Assembly: GCA_963667015.2 (NCBI GenBank)
Contig: CAXXJJ010000004.1
Location: 2,848,001-2,912,000 of the forward strand
Length of the DNA: 64,000 nt
Reading direction: 5' to 3'
DNA from: Desulfatiglandales bacterium
Lineage (GTDB): Bacteria; Desulfobacterota; DSM-4660; Desulfatiglandales; HGW-15
Position 1 is the first letter of the stretch. Each line of letters opens with the position of its first letter. Shown here one piece after another: positions 1 to 10,018 of the stretch. Under the pieces are notes generated by a model, which did not search any database, was not told where the DNA came from, and was given only the letters and a program-made list of their open reading frames with translations. A program made the position numbers and the translations under genes.

Positions 1-1
1 T

Positions 2-187
2 ATAAGACTTTTTGGTAACATTTTCGGCAAGGAAAAAGTTTTAGGCATTCTATTTGCTCTATGGGGTCTTTATCTTGTACCTTTACCGATTATGTTTTTG
101 GGATTGCTTGTAAGTTTTGTACAGGCCCTTGTATTTATGCTTCTGGCAACAGTATACTTTGCGGGGGCAATGGAAGAGGCACACTAG
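2..187 (+). CDS. atpB: F0F1 ATP synthase subunit a, 3' end (partial)
   Basis: Manual translation [13 protein letters not shown]...[15 protein letters not shown]...EEAH*; RLFGN and QA motifs; directly upstream of subunit c. Confidence 0.93.
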   Translation: MRLFGNIFGKEKVLGILFALWGLYLVPLPIMFLGLLVSFVQALVFMLLATVYFAGAMEEAH

Positions 188-243
188 ATAATTAAAGAAT
201 AATTATATTGAATCCATAATAATTAAAAGAAGGGAGATTTTTT

Positions 244-612
244 ATGTCAAAAAGAAATGTTGTGGCAGTTTCAGCCTTTACACTGGTTTCAGTTTTTTCA
301 TCAATCGCAATGGCATCAGACGGAGGAGCCTCGGCTTCATCAGGACTGTGGATCTATTTTGGAATAGCTATTGCCTGCGGTCTTGCAATTGGAATAGCAG
401 CCTTTGGAACAGGCCTTGGAATGGGTAATGCCATTAATGGTGCAATGCAGGGTGTTTCCCGTAACCCTGAAGCCGGCGGCAGAATTTTTACCATGCTCAT
501 ACTTGGTCTCGCTCTTATTGAGTCCCTTTGTATTTATGCTCTTCTTGTCTGCTTCCTTATGATCTTTAAGATTCCTGCAGCAGAAGAAATTCTGAAGTTA
601 CTCGGAGCTTAA
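244..612 (+). CDS. atpE: F0F1 ATP synthase subunit c with N-terminal signal-like extension
   Basis: GxGxG helix, RNPEA loop, LIESLCIY carboxylate motif. Confidence 0.95.
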   Translation: MSKRNVVAVSAFTLVSVFSSIAMASDGGASASSGLWIYFGIAIACGLAIGIAAFGTGLGMGNAINGAMQGVSRNPEAGGRIFTMLILGLALIESLCIYALLVCFLMIFKIPAAEEILKLLGA

Positions 613-630
613 TTCCACAATTGAACGAAT

Positions 631-669
631 AAGAAGGTACTGTATCAAATTATAGTACCTTCTTTTTTT
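631..669 (+). terminator. Rho-independent terminator after atpE
   Basis: AAGAAGGTACTGTA-loop-TATAGTACCTTCTT followed by T-run. Confidence 0.75.
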
Positions 670-678
670 CGTCTTGCT

Positions 679-696
679 TTGTGCAAATATTCACAA
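679..696. promoter_or_regulatory. Rex operator
   Basis: TTGTGCAAATATTCACAA; one mismatch to consensus TTGTGAA-N4-TTCACAA; 25 bp upstream of rex ATG. Confidence 0.85.
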
Positions 697-721
697 GGCA
701 TTGATTTCAGAGGATTATTTG

Positions 722-1357
722 ATGGGAAAAGGTATCAAGATCCCTGATGTTACAATTGAAAGAGTCGCACTTTACCTGAGACCTCTTGAAGATTTTGAGA
801 AAAGCGGCGGGAATGTAATTTCATCCGATAAACTCGCTGAACTATGCAATGTCAACCCCGCCCAGGTAAGAAAAGATCTTTCTTTTTTTGGTGAATTCGG
901 GGTAAGGGGTGTCGGTTACCAGGTAAGTGAATTACTTAAAGAAATCAAAAAGATACTCGCATCAGACAGAGAATGGATGCTGGGGATCGCCGGTCTTGAT
1001 GATATTGGCATGGCACTTGTCCAGCATAAAAACTTTTTGCACCGGGGCTATATATTCATGGCGGCATTTGATTCCAACCCCCGCAATATCGGTAAACATC
1101 TTCCAATGGGTCTGGTAGTCCAACCGCTTTCAAAACTCAAAGAATCAGCGATGGATCTATCTCTTGAAATAGGCATAATAGCCACACCGGCTTCTGAAGC
1201 CCAGAAGACAGCTGATCTCTTTTTTGACGCTGGCATACTTGCCATCCTGAATTTCTCAGCGACCCATCTTCGTAAACCTGACTGCTGCCTCGTGCAGAAT
1301 GTGGATTTCACATTCAACCTGGATCATCTTGCCTACCGCTTGAACAAAAAGAAATAG
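722..1357 (+). CDS. rex: Redox-sensing transcriptional repressor Rex
   Basis: IPxxTIER, ISSDKLA, QVRKDLSFFGEFGVRGVGY and ILNF motifs; start set to ATG 722 after GAGG RBS. Confidence 0.92.
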   Translation: MGKGIKIPDVTIERVALYLRPLEDFEKSGGNVISSDKLAELCNVNPAQVRKDLSFFGEFGVRGVGYQVSELLKEIKKILASDREWMLGIAGLDDIGMALVQHKNFLHRGYIFMAAFDSNPRNIGKHLPMGLVVQPLSKLKESAMDLSLEIGIIATPASEAQKTADLFFDAGILAILNFSATHLRKPDCCLVQNVDFTFNLDHLAYRLNKKK

Positions 1358-1511
1358 ACTTATACAACAATTCAATGCGAATACAATGTCCGCTCTGCGA
1401 GGAGAAGAGGCGTATATATCCTTGACTCCCTTTGCCTGCTTAAGCCTGCTATCCCTATTTTTAGACCTCTTTCAGAATGAGGCCAATATTTCATAATATT
1501 TAGTAGTTTAC

Positions 1512-1542
1512 TATTGACAAAAGGAGCATTATTAGCGATTTA
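1512..1542 (+). promoter_or_regulatory. Promoter-like motif shared with the second transhydroxylase copy
   Basis: TATTGACAAAAGGAGCATTATTAGCGATTTA; 27/31 identical to 25686-25716(-); perfect TTGACA, non-canonical -10. Confidence 0.6.
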
Positions 1543-1778
1543 ATCAAGGGATATTAATAACCTGGGATATAAATCGTTTAAGATTTAGCAACAGATATCA
1601 ATCCTGCGTAACCTGATTATCTATGTTGTTTTTGCCCGCCTCGAGTTGATGCTGCAAAGCCTTCTGATTAACTATAAATCAACATTGGGATGGGGATTTG
1701 ATTTTAATATGGATTATATCCACCCTGCATTATGAATCAATATCAGGGTCGGACAGAAATTTAATAAACACTAGCTTT

Positions 1779-4700
1779 GATTTACGATAAAAAAAAGGAA
1801 TATTTGAAAGGAAGAGATATGGAAAAGGTATATTCGAGTTTAACGAATGAGGGCCCTATATCGGTAACCGTAAAAGACGGAAAGGTTACAAGGGTACGAC
1901 CTCTGATCATGGATGAGAAGGATTTCAGGCCATGGACAATAGAGGCAGATGGAAAGCAGTATTCACCGCCGCTGAAGGCGAACCTGGCGCCGTTTGTACA
2001 TGCAGAAAGAACAAGACTGTACTCAGCAGACAGGATCAAATATCCCATGAAAAGGGTGGACTTTGATCCGAACGGAGAAAGAAATCCTCAGAACAGAGGC
2101 AAATCAGGATACGAAAGAATAAGCTGGGAAGAAGCATTAGATATTACAGCGAATGAGATCAAAAGAATCAGGGAAGAGCACGGCGGAGCGGCAATTACCG
2201 GCTTGACCTCATCTCACCATAACTGGGGTATAGTTGGATACAAAATGGGACCGTTCCCGAGATTTATGGACATGCTGGAGTACACCCCTGTACTTGACAA
2301 CCCCGACAGCTGGGAAGGCTGGCACTGGGGAGCCACCCATGCCTGGGGATTTTTCTGGCGCCTTGGCATGCCGGAACAGTACGACCTTCTTGAAGACTCC
2401 ATGAAAAACGCAGAGATGATCGTCTTCTGGTCCAACGACCCCGATACAACAAGGGCAATCTACTGCGGCCAGGATTCGGTAATATGGAGACAGTGGCTGA
2501 AGGAAAAGGGAGTAAAGATGGTATTCCTTGATCCTTATTTTAACTACACAGCCGCTCATATGGACGGAACATGGTTCCCGCTCAATCCCGACTCAAACGC
2601 AGCCCTTGCACTTGCAATAGCCTTTACCTGGATCGAAGAAGACACCTACGACAAGGACTATGTAGAAAACAGGACCTCAGGATTTGACGAGTTCAAAAAA
2701 TACGTAATGGGAGAAGAAGACGGAGTACCCAAGACACCCGAATGGGCAGCAGAGGAATCAGGTATACCTGCCCGAAGAATCAGGGCACTGGCAAGAGAAT
2801 GGGCAGCAAAAAATACCGTTCTTGCAGCAGGAACCAGAGGCGGCGAGGGTGGCGCATGCAGAACAGCCTACGGAACAGAATGGGCAAGACTGATGGTTCT
2901 CCTTCAGGCCATGCAGGGACTTGGCAAGGCAGGAAACACCATATGGGGAACCGCAATGGGATGTCCGGCTGATACCAGCTTTTATGTGCCCGGATACGCA
3001 GACCTTGACACCAGAATGGCCATAACAAGGGCAGCCAGAACCAAGATCACCAACCCGACACAGCAGAGACTCTACAGACTGACCCTTCCGGATGCCATAT
3101 TGAACTCCGAACTCAGCTGGACAGGAGCAGGCTTCTGCGGACAGTCCCTGGAACAGCAGTTCCAGAAATTTACATATCCCATGGAAGGCTACCCTGAGAT
3201 TAAAATGTTCTACCGCTACGGCGGAAGTTTTATAGGCACCATGAGCGATACAAACAAATGGGTAAAAATGTATCAGAGCCCTAAGTTAGAGTTTGTGGTA
3301 AACCAGGACTGCTGGTACTGCAGTGAAACCAACTTTGCAGACATCATCTTCCCTGCCTGTACGGCCCTTGAAAGGGATGACTGGGGAGAATGGGGAGCCG
3401 CAGGCGGATACAGCAACCACGGGAACAACGGATGTAACTACAGGATAATAGTACGTCAGCAGAAGGCTATTGATCCCCTGTGGGAATCAAAACCCGACTA
3501 TGAGATTCTTACACTCCTTGCTGATAAACTGGGCATGAAGGATCTTTACACAGACGGCGGAAGAACGGATATGGACTGGTGCAAGGCCTATTACGAGATA
3601 TCAGACCTTCCCAAGATTATGAGTTGGGAAGAGTTTGACAAGAAGGGTTATATAGTAATAAGCCCCGGGGAAGATTACAAACCCACCCCTGCATTGCGCT
3701 GGTTCGCAGAAGGCCGTGCCTGTGACACGCCTGACTCAATGAACCCGAAAAGGGGTAAGGATAATGCCAGTGAGCTCTCCACCTACACTGGAAAGATAGA
3801 GTTTGCATCAGAGAGCCTGCGTAAGAACACCCCGGACGACAATGAAAGACCGGTTGTTCCACATTATATTGAATCCTGGGAAGGTCACAAGAGCGCAATC
3901 AGAGATAAATATCCTCTCATGATAATAAGCCCCCATCCAAGGTTTACCTTTCATACCCAGTATGACAAGCACACAGACTGGCTGAATGATATCCCGACCC
4001 ACCGCATAGTAAAGGATGATTATCCTTACTGGCCGGTAAGGATCAATCCGGTTGATGCTGCACCGCGTGATATCAGCAACAATGATATAGTAAAGCTTTA
4101 CAATGACCGTGGAACGGTTCTGTGTATAGCGGTACTGTCAGAAAGGGTGCCCCCTGGAACTGTTCACAGCTACGGGTCGGCAGCAACCTATGATCCGCTG
4201 GAACCTGGCAAACCAGGCTCAGTAGACAGGGGAGGATGTATAAATATCCTCACATCATCCACGATGATGTCTAAAAACGTACCGGGCATGACCCCCAACT
4301 CATGTCTTATAGAAATTGGAAAATGGGAGGGTTAATAAAATGGCCAGATATGGAATGGTAATAGATATAAACAAGTGTAACGGCTGCTATAACTGCTTTC
4401 TGGCATGTAAGGATGAATTTGCAGGTAATGATTATCTTCCTTACTCAGTAGCACTGCCCAATAATGCAAGACCGTTTATGAAAATGACCGAGAAGGAGAT
4501 GGGCAAGTGTCCGAAGGTTAAGGTAGACTATGTACCCCAGCCCTGTTTCCAGTGCCAGGACGCACAGTGTGTGAAGATGGCAACAAACGGAGAGGTCTAC
4601 AGGCGCCCTGACGGTATAGTGGTAATAGATCCTGAGAAGGCAAAGGGTAAGAGAGAGATAGTAAGCTACTGTCCTCACAGGGTAATCTCCTATAACGAGG

Positions 4701-5158
4701 CAGCAGATGTTGCCCAGAAGTGTAACTTCTGTGTACATCTTCTTGAGAACGGGGCAAAGGAGCCCAGGTGTGTTGAGGCATGTCCCAGTGGAGCCCTTAT
4801 GTTTGGAGATCTTGATGATCCAGCGAGCGAGATCTCAAAGAACATGGCCTCTGCATCAACCCAGGAGCTTAATCCTGCATATGGTCTCAGGCCTAATGTA
4901 GTATACAGGAATCTTCCGGGCAGGCTGATAGCCGGAGAGGTTGTCTTTGCTGACAGTCAGGAATGTGCAAAGGATGCAAAGGTAACGCTTGCGTGTGACA
5001 ATGGTGAGCTTACCACCACAACAGACTTCTTTGGGGATTTTGAGTTCAAGGGCCTTGAGGCTGACAAGTGCTTCAAGATTACCGTTGAGCTTGACGGTTA
5101 TAAAACTCAGACTATCGATGTCAAAACAGACACCGATAAAAATATAGGAGAGGTTTTA
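1779..5158 (+). repeat. 3.38-kb inverted repeat, arm 1 (pairs with 22313-25691)
   Basis: Sequence and all shadow ORFs mirrored on the minus strand at 22.3-25.7 kb; only a handful of differences seen. Confidence 0.97.
1819..4335 (+). CDS. athL: Molybdopterin oxidoreductase (DMSO reductase family), pyrogallol:phloroglucinol transhydroxylase alpha subunit-like
   Basis: SSHHNWG, NPDSWEGWHWG (Ser Mo ligand), PEQYDLLED, PHPRFTFHTQ; no N-terminal Fe-S cysteines or Tat signal; ATG 1819 after GAAAGGAAG. Confidence 0.85.
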   Translation: MEKVYSSLTNEGPISVTVKDGKVTRVRPLIMDEKDFRPWTIEADGKQYSPPLKANLAPFVHAERTRLYSADRIKYPMKRVDFDPNGERNPQNRGKSGYERISWEEALDITANEIKRIREEHGGAAITGLTSSHHNWGIVGYKMGPFPRFMDMLEYTPVLDNPDSWEGWHWGATHAWGFFWRLGMPEQYDLLEDSMKNAEMIVFWSNDPDTTRAIYCGQDSVIWRQWLKEKGVKMVFLDPYFNYTAAHMDGTWFPLNPDSNAALALAIAFTWIEEDTYDKDYVENRTSGFDEFKKYVMGEEDGVPKTPEWAAEESGIPARRIRALAREWAAKNTVLAAGTRGGEGGACRTAYGTEWARLMVLLQAMQGLGKAGNTIWGTAMGCPADTSFYVPGYADLDTRMAITRAARTKITNPTQQRLYRLTLPDAILNSELSWTGAGFCGQSLEQQFQKFTYPMEGYPEIKMFYRYGGSFIGTMSDTNKWVKMYQSPKLEFVVNQDCWYCSETNFADIIFPACTALERDDWGEWGAAGGYSNHGNNGCNYRIIVRQQKAIDPLWESKPDYEILTLLADKLGMKDLYTDGGRTDMDWCKAYYEISDLPKIMSWEEFDKKGYIVISPGEDYKPTPALRWFAEGRACDTPDSMNPKRGKDNASELSTYTGKIEFASESLRKNTPDDNERPVVPHYIESWEGHKSAIRDKYPLMIISPHPRFTFHTQYDKHTDWLNDIPTHRIVKDDYPYWPVRINPVDAAPRDISNNDIVKLYNDRGTVLCIAVLSERVPPGTVHSYGSAATYDPLEPGKPGSVDRGGCINILTSSTMMSKNVPGMTPNSCLIEIGKWEG

Positions 5159-5173
5159 ATCGCATGTAACTAG
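4340..5173 (+). CDS. bthL: 4Fe-4S dicluster beta subunit with C-terminal beta-sandwich domain (transhydroxylase beta-like)
   Basis: CNGCYNCFLAC, CFQCQDAQC, CNFC...CVEACP; C-terminal TDFFGDFEF domain. Confidence 0.85.
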   Translation: MARYGMVIDINKCNGCYNCFLACKDEFAGNDYLPYSVALPNNARPFMKMTEKEMGKCPKVKVDYVPQPCFQCQDAQCVKMATNGEVYRRPDGIVVIDPEKAKGKREIVSYCPHRVISYNEAADVAQKCNFCVHLLENGAKEPRCVEACPSGALMFGDLDDPASEISKNMASASTQELNPAYGLRPNVVYRNLPGRLIAGEVVFADSQECAKDAKVTLACDNGELTTTTDFFGDFEFKGLEADKCFKITVELDGYKTQTIDVKTDTDKNIGEVLIACN

Positions 5174-5230
5174 GTTCTTATCATACATGCGGATTTGAAA
5201 GAGAATGCCTCTTTAATAATCAGTAAGAAG

Positions 5231-5262
5231 AAAGGCCGGTTGGATAACAACCGGCCTTTTAT
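5231..5262. terminator. Terminator between convergent genes
   Basis: AAAGGCCGGTT/AACCGGCCTTT hairpin. Confidence 0.8.
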
Positions 5263-5297
5263 ATTTTAATAATCCTGATTATTAGAACTACATCCGT

Positions 5298-6692
5298 TTA
5301 CCAGAAAAACATTTCCCTTTTTACAGAAGCCGGTTTCATGCCCGGATATTTTTTAAGGGCAGCTAATACAAATACCTGCATTTGCTGAGGTCCGCAGAGA
5401 TAAACAGATGAATCATCTCCCTTAATATACTTTTCAATATTTTTTTCATTCATCCGTCCATATTCATACACAAAATTATCACTTTGAAGAACTTCACTTT
5501 CCTTTCCCGGTTCAGGTTTTTTCTCTCTTGTTAAAATAATTATTATTTTAAGTCTGCCTTTCAGCTCCGTGAATATTTTTTCCAGTTCATCCTTTGCTAT
5601 AATGTCTTCGCGTGTCTTTAAAGACCATAAAAGCGTTACATCACAGTCCTCTTTCGTCTTATTGATATGACGCAGAATACTTAAAAATGGAGTAACACCC
5701 ACACCTCCGGCGATGAGCACCAGTTTTTTTTCCCGCTTAAAATGAGGATAAAAAATTCCATAGGGTCCCTCACACAAAACCTTTGTACCTTTTTCAAGCG
5801 AATGTATGCCGGAGGTAAACTTGCCAGTCTTTTTTATGGTTAATGAAAATCCGTCTGACCCGGGTTCGGATGAGATTGTAAAAGGCCTTGGTTCACTCCA
5901 TTTTCCGGATTTAAAATACCTTATCACTGCAAACTGACCCGGCAGCCTTTGTCTGAAAGAGTCAATAGCCCCCTCTCTTTTAAAATAAAAGGTATTTGTA
6001 TCATGGGTTTCCTTTTCAGCATCCGAAAGACTCCATATGAAATGTTCCTTCCGTTTGTACAGGTAATGCATCCGGTAAATAAAGGAAATTAAAAATATGC
6101 CTGAAAGGACGTAGAATATAATATTATATGGGAATTCTATAATATCATCCCCTTTAATAACTGCATGGGTAAATCCGATGGGTATAGCCGCATAAAGTAT
6201 AAAATGAAAAGGCTTCCAGAAATTATATGGAATAAAATATCTGCCCAGTTTGGCCAGCCCGGCTGCAACTATGACCCCTGCCAGTGCAATTTTCCCAAGG
6301 CTCAGTCCTATATCATCTGCATTTATATGCAGGAGAAACGGCCATTGCCAGCCGTCCGGAGATAACAGTGACGCCTTTACAAAACGCAGTATTGCATGGG
6401 AGATAAAAAGAATTATTACAACGGGTCCTGCCAGGATATGGAACCTCATTAATCTGTCAAGCCCGAAGGTCTTTTCTATTATGGGGAATCGCATGCCTGT
6501 AAGCACCATAATAATAAATATGGATATACCTATAAGCGCACACAGGTTTCCAACCGCTCCGGAAAAATAGGCTAAACTGCTGTCGAGTTTTGACCAGCGA
6601 TGAACAAACCAGGCAATGGTTACTATAAGCGAAGGCAATATTGCTATAAGCAGTGTTAAAGATCGTCTGGATGCATGTATCATCGTTATCAC
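5298..6692 (-). CDS. Ferric reductase-like transmembrane / FAD-NAD-binding oxidoreductase
   Basis: N-terminal TM helices with His pairs; RPFTISS, EGPYG, IAGGVGVTPF, YLCGP (FNR family). Confidence 0.85.
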   Translation of the reverse strand: MITMIHASRRSLTLLIAILPSLIVTIAWFVHRWSKLDSSLAYFSGAVGNLCALIGISIFIIMVLTGMRFPIIEKTFGLDRLMRFHILAGPVVIILFISHAILRFVKASLLSPDGWQWPFLLHINADDIGLSLGKIALAGVIVAAGLAKLGRYFIPYNFWKPFHFILYAAIPIGFTHAVIKGDDIIEFPYNIIFYVLSGIFLISFIYRMHYLYKRKEHFIWSLSDAEKETHDTNTFYFKREGAIDSFRQRLPGQFAVIRYFKSGKWSEPRPFTISSEPGSDGFSLTIKKTGKFTSGIHSLEKGTKVLCEGPYGIFYPHFKREKKLVLIAGGVGVTPFLSILRHINKTKEDCDVTLLWSLKTREDIIAKDELEKIFTELKGRLKIIIILTREKKPEPGKESEVLQSDNFVYEYGRMNEKNIEKYIKGDDSSVYLCGPQQMQVFVLAALKKYPGMKPASVKREMFFW

Positions 6693-6779
6693 CTTTCTTT
6701 TAATTTATTCCTGCAATTGTTGTGTATCGGTGTTTTAAGACAGAATTTTATTTTACCTGATAAGCTTCCCCCTGTCCTT

Positions 6780-7238
6780 TCAGAACTGATCAATTTTAAT
6801 AGATATGGTTATTTTGAGATTTATCGGTATCTCAACCGGTTTTTCATTGTTGTAAACAAAACTGACCGGTGCAGTTTTTACTGAAATTTCCTTTTTATCT
6901 TCATTTGGCTTTGCAGATGCCCTGGGTTTTGCCCCTTTCACATTTTGTCCCCTTTCCCATACCAGGTAGTCATTGTAATACCTGGTAGCCCATTCGTCAG
7001 AATTATCAATAGATTCAGCCTTGCACATAAAAACGGACTCTCTCCCTTTAGCAACCCTTACCTTCAATATATCTGAGACATCTTTGTTATCCATTATGAA
7101 TGCCTTCAATCTCGAAGTGTGATAGCTGATTCCACTACGCTTTATGCTCCCTGCAATCTCTTTTGATGAGAATTCCACCATCCTGTTATCAAGCAGGAAC
7201 TTAAGTATCATCCTCATGGTTGGCTCTTTTTTTTCCAT
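6780..7238 (-). CDS. Hypothetical protein
   Basis: 152-aa ORF with GGGAGG RBS; no recognised motif. Confidence 0.55.
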   Translation of the reverse strand: MEKKEPTMRMILKFLLDNRMVEFSSKEIAGSIKRSGISYHTSRLKAFIMDNKDVSDILKVRVAKGRESVFMCKAESIDNSDEWATRYYNDYLVWERGQNVKGAKPRASAKPNEDKKEISVKTAPVSFVYNNEKPVEIPINLKITISIKIDQF

Positions 7239-7745
7239 TGTTTTACCCTCCCCGGCTAAATATTCTTAAAGATCGTTCTCCTTAAGATCAAAGAAATATG
7301 ATGGATTACATAAAGATATGGTGTAATATTGTCAAGAAAATCTCACACCTGTGTGAGGGAAATAGTTCTACCATGCTTTTTATCTCTAAAATTACCTGAT
7401 TTACCTCTTCACCAGTGACTTCTAATTATTATATAAAAATGTGTATCATGCACCTTGAATTGTGCATTTTCTTTATTTTATTAGGTTTAACAAAATGCCG
7501 GGTACTTGTTTTATTAAAATCAACATAGCCAGAAGCCCTGCCATCAGGGGTTTTCACTGTTATTTCTGTAGATGCTTGTAATCGGATGATTCTGGCATAA
7601 TATTTGAAATAACATTTCATTAAACCCGCCTTAAACATGCTTCAAAACACACGTAATACCAAAAGCTTTTCAGGATTAATATTTTAAGCTTCGCCACCGA
7701 TGACAGGACGTATAACCGCTTTTACTTAAAAGCTAAGGAGATCAA

Positions 7746-9314
7746 ATGGGCAAAGTACAATCTATAAAAATTGAAGACATCATCCTCGACAACAGCATCT
7801 ATCCACGTAACAGCATTGATTACAAAAGAGTATCCATGTTTGAGGAAAATATGAGAGATGGATTTGTGTTTGATTCTATTCATCTTCAGGAACATCCTGA
7901 TGTGCCAGGAAAATACCGCATCCTGGATGGTGCACACCGGTTCAAGGCCTACAGGGGAATCGGCGAAAAGGAAGTTAAGGCAGAAATCATTAATCTCAAC
8001 GGAGAAGATCCCCTGCTGTATGCTGCAAGTAAGGCCATTGGCCCCAGAGAGCTCAAGGATGACGAGGCAAGGGAGACTGCCAGAAGGGCTTATAAGAATA
8101 ATCCGAAACTTACATCAAAGAAAATAGGTGCTAGAATATGCAGATCAAGAAGGACTGTCGATTCTTATATATCCGATCTTCGTGCTGCCTCACAGTTTGA
8201 TTTAAGTCTTAAAATATTACGAATGAGCCGTCTTGGAGTTCCGCAGGAAAGAATAGCACAAAGGTTTGGACTGGATCAAAAAACAATCAGTAACTATTCA
8301 GGAAAAAAGGCAACCCTGATGGACTCGCAAAAAGTCGAATAATCGTTATAACCCAAAAAATCGAGTCTCCTATTTGCCTCAGAATCGACGATTACATGAT
8401 TAGACATGGGTTAAAGGCCATCAAAATAGTATTCTTTTTGCTGACGCTGACTTTTTGCGAGATCATCAACCCTGCCTTTTCTCCTGAATACCGATTTAAA
8501 ACAAGGATTCACAGTTTCTCAGGTCGCTGAAAAGCACGGCTGTCCTGAACCTCTGGTCTGGTCGTTTAACATGGAGAGAAAAAATGACATTCCTAAATAC
8601 AAGGAATTGCAATGGGGACTCCGGACCTGGGATAACTGGTACTGGACAGATTGCGACAAAAGATTCGGTGATGAATGGCCCGGAAGAATCCCGGCACAAC
8701 TCATAGCACATATTCTTTATTACTTCTCAAAACAGGGAGACCTTGTTATTGATCCCATGGCTGGGGGCGGTGTGGTCGCAGACACATGCCTCGCTTTCAA
8801 CCGGCGCTGCTGGAGTTTTGATATGGTAGACAGACCTGATGAAAGGCCAGAGATAGAACCATATTTCTGGGACATCAATAATCTCAAATGGCCGGTAAAT
8901 GGAAAGACAAAGCCTGACCTGATTATCTTTGATCCGCCATATTTCAGCAAAAAGGCAAAGGAATACGAAGAGGATAGCATATCGAATCTCTCAAAAGCAG
9001 ATTACCTGAAATTTCTTGAAAGGTTTTTCAGGCTGGCCAGCGAGCACAGTAAAAAGGACACAAGTCTTGCGATGATCAATGCCGACTGGAGGGATTTTCA
9101 GAATACTCCGGCAAAGGATGAAATCAGAAAGAATTCTATCCTCATGAACGACTATCTTGACGCCATGCACAAATCGGGCTGGGAAGAGATACAAGTCATG
9201 TGGGCGCCCATGTCGTCGGAGAGGTTCCATGCAGGTGTGGTTGCTGCCATGCAGAAAAAGAAAATACTGGGGGTTACAAACAGGTATGTGATTGTGGCTA
9301 AAAAGCAAGGCTAA
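7746..9314 (+). pseudogene. ParB-like/HTH/N4-N6 DNA methyltransferase fusion interrupted by a 150-bp MITE
   Basis: ParB ILDGAHR, HTH, MTase DPMAGGG then DPPY; ORFs 7746-8342 and 8571-9314 are in the same frame and rejoin when the insert is removed. Confidence 0.85.
8318..8467. mobile_element. MITE (non-autonomous, 150 bp)
   Basis: Terminal IRs GATGGACTCGCAAAAAGTC / GACTTTTTGCGAGATCATC (17/19); 6-bp target duplication AACCCT. Confidence 0.88.
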
Positions 9315-9384
9315 AGCAGTTTAGCTGAAGGCTTTTAAGTTTACTGCATGTACTAACAGCCTTCAGTCTAGATCCCTTCAGTCT
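9309..9384. repeat. Dispersed CCTAACAGCCTTCAG-family repeat (inverted pair)
   Basis: GCTGAAGGCTTTTAAG ... CTAACAGCCTTCAGTCTA. Confidence 0.7.
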
Positions 9385-9432
9385 GTTTTTTCTATCAGAT
9401 TTCAGACTAAAAACAAAAAAGGAGAAAACAAA

Positions 9433-9699
9433 ATGCGATTAATTGAATGGGAAGTGAAAGAGGATGATTACCAGGAGCAGATAAACATTCCGAGTGAACA
9501 GAGGAAAATGGCAGCAGAAGAGGGCATCAGTACTGATTACAAACAAAAGGTAGCTGTACAGATAACAAACCTCACTACCGGAGAGATGTATACTGCAAGA
9601 TCTCCAATCACAGGGACCAACCAGTTATATATCCCGGGTGAGATCCAGAAAATGCTGAAGGATTCAGGAAAAATCCGCATCCAGATTTTAGGGGGGTAG
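9433..9699 (+). CDS. Small hypothetical protein with internal repeat (possibly AbrB/MraZ-like)
   Basis: AAGGAG RBS; repeats EQINIPSEQRKM / NQLYIPGEIQKM. Confidence 0.7.
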   Translation: MRLIEWEVKEDDYQEQINIPSEQRKMAAEEGISTDYKQKVAVQITNLTTGEMYTARSPITGTNQLYIPGEIQKMLKDSGKIRIQILGG

Positions 9700-9708
9700 C
9701 TAAAGGCA

Positions 9709-9794
9709 GGCTAAAGCTGAATAGTTGGCTAAAGGCTGTTAGTTTTAAAAATTACTTCAGTTTTCAACCAGTCGTACCTAACAGCCTTCAGACT
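9709..9794. repeat. Dispersed CCTAACAGCCTTCAG-family repeat (inverted pair)
   Basis: CTAAAGGCTGTTAG ... CCTAACAGCCTTCAGACT. Confidence 0.7.
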
Positions 9795-10018
9795 TTCCCC
9801 TGTTAAATCCGCATAGCTTTTGCGACGGCGGAAGACTAATATGCTACCAACTGATTTTCTGCGATTCAGCAGATGCTGAAGCATTCTGAAAATATAGATG
9901 TGCTACAATTGCACAGTGTCTGAAAAGCCGGGTTGATTAGCGGTAAGTTTTACTGTAAAATAATATCATTGACTTACCCAAATGAAAAAGTAAAGATTTG
10001 CAAAAGGGAGTGATAACA

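Noticed and set aside
1543..1815. Moco/tungsten cofactor riboswitch upstream of the Mo-enzyme
   Set aside because: I could not identify the conserved motif elements by eye; kept only as an unexplained leader.
1779..5158. Inverted duplicate as a pure assembly artefact
   Set aside because: Copies differ by mostly synonymous or conservative changes, have distinct in-frame C-termini and homologous but diverged promoters; not fully excluded without reads.
7342..7357. Palindrome CTCACAC-CT-GTGTGAG
   Set aside because: Single occurrence; could be an operator but no regulator can be assigned.
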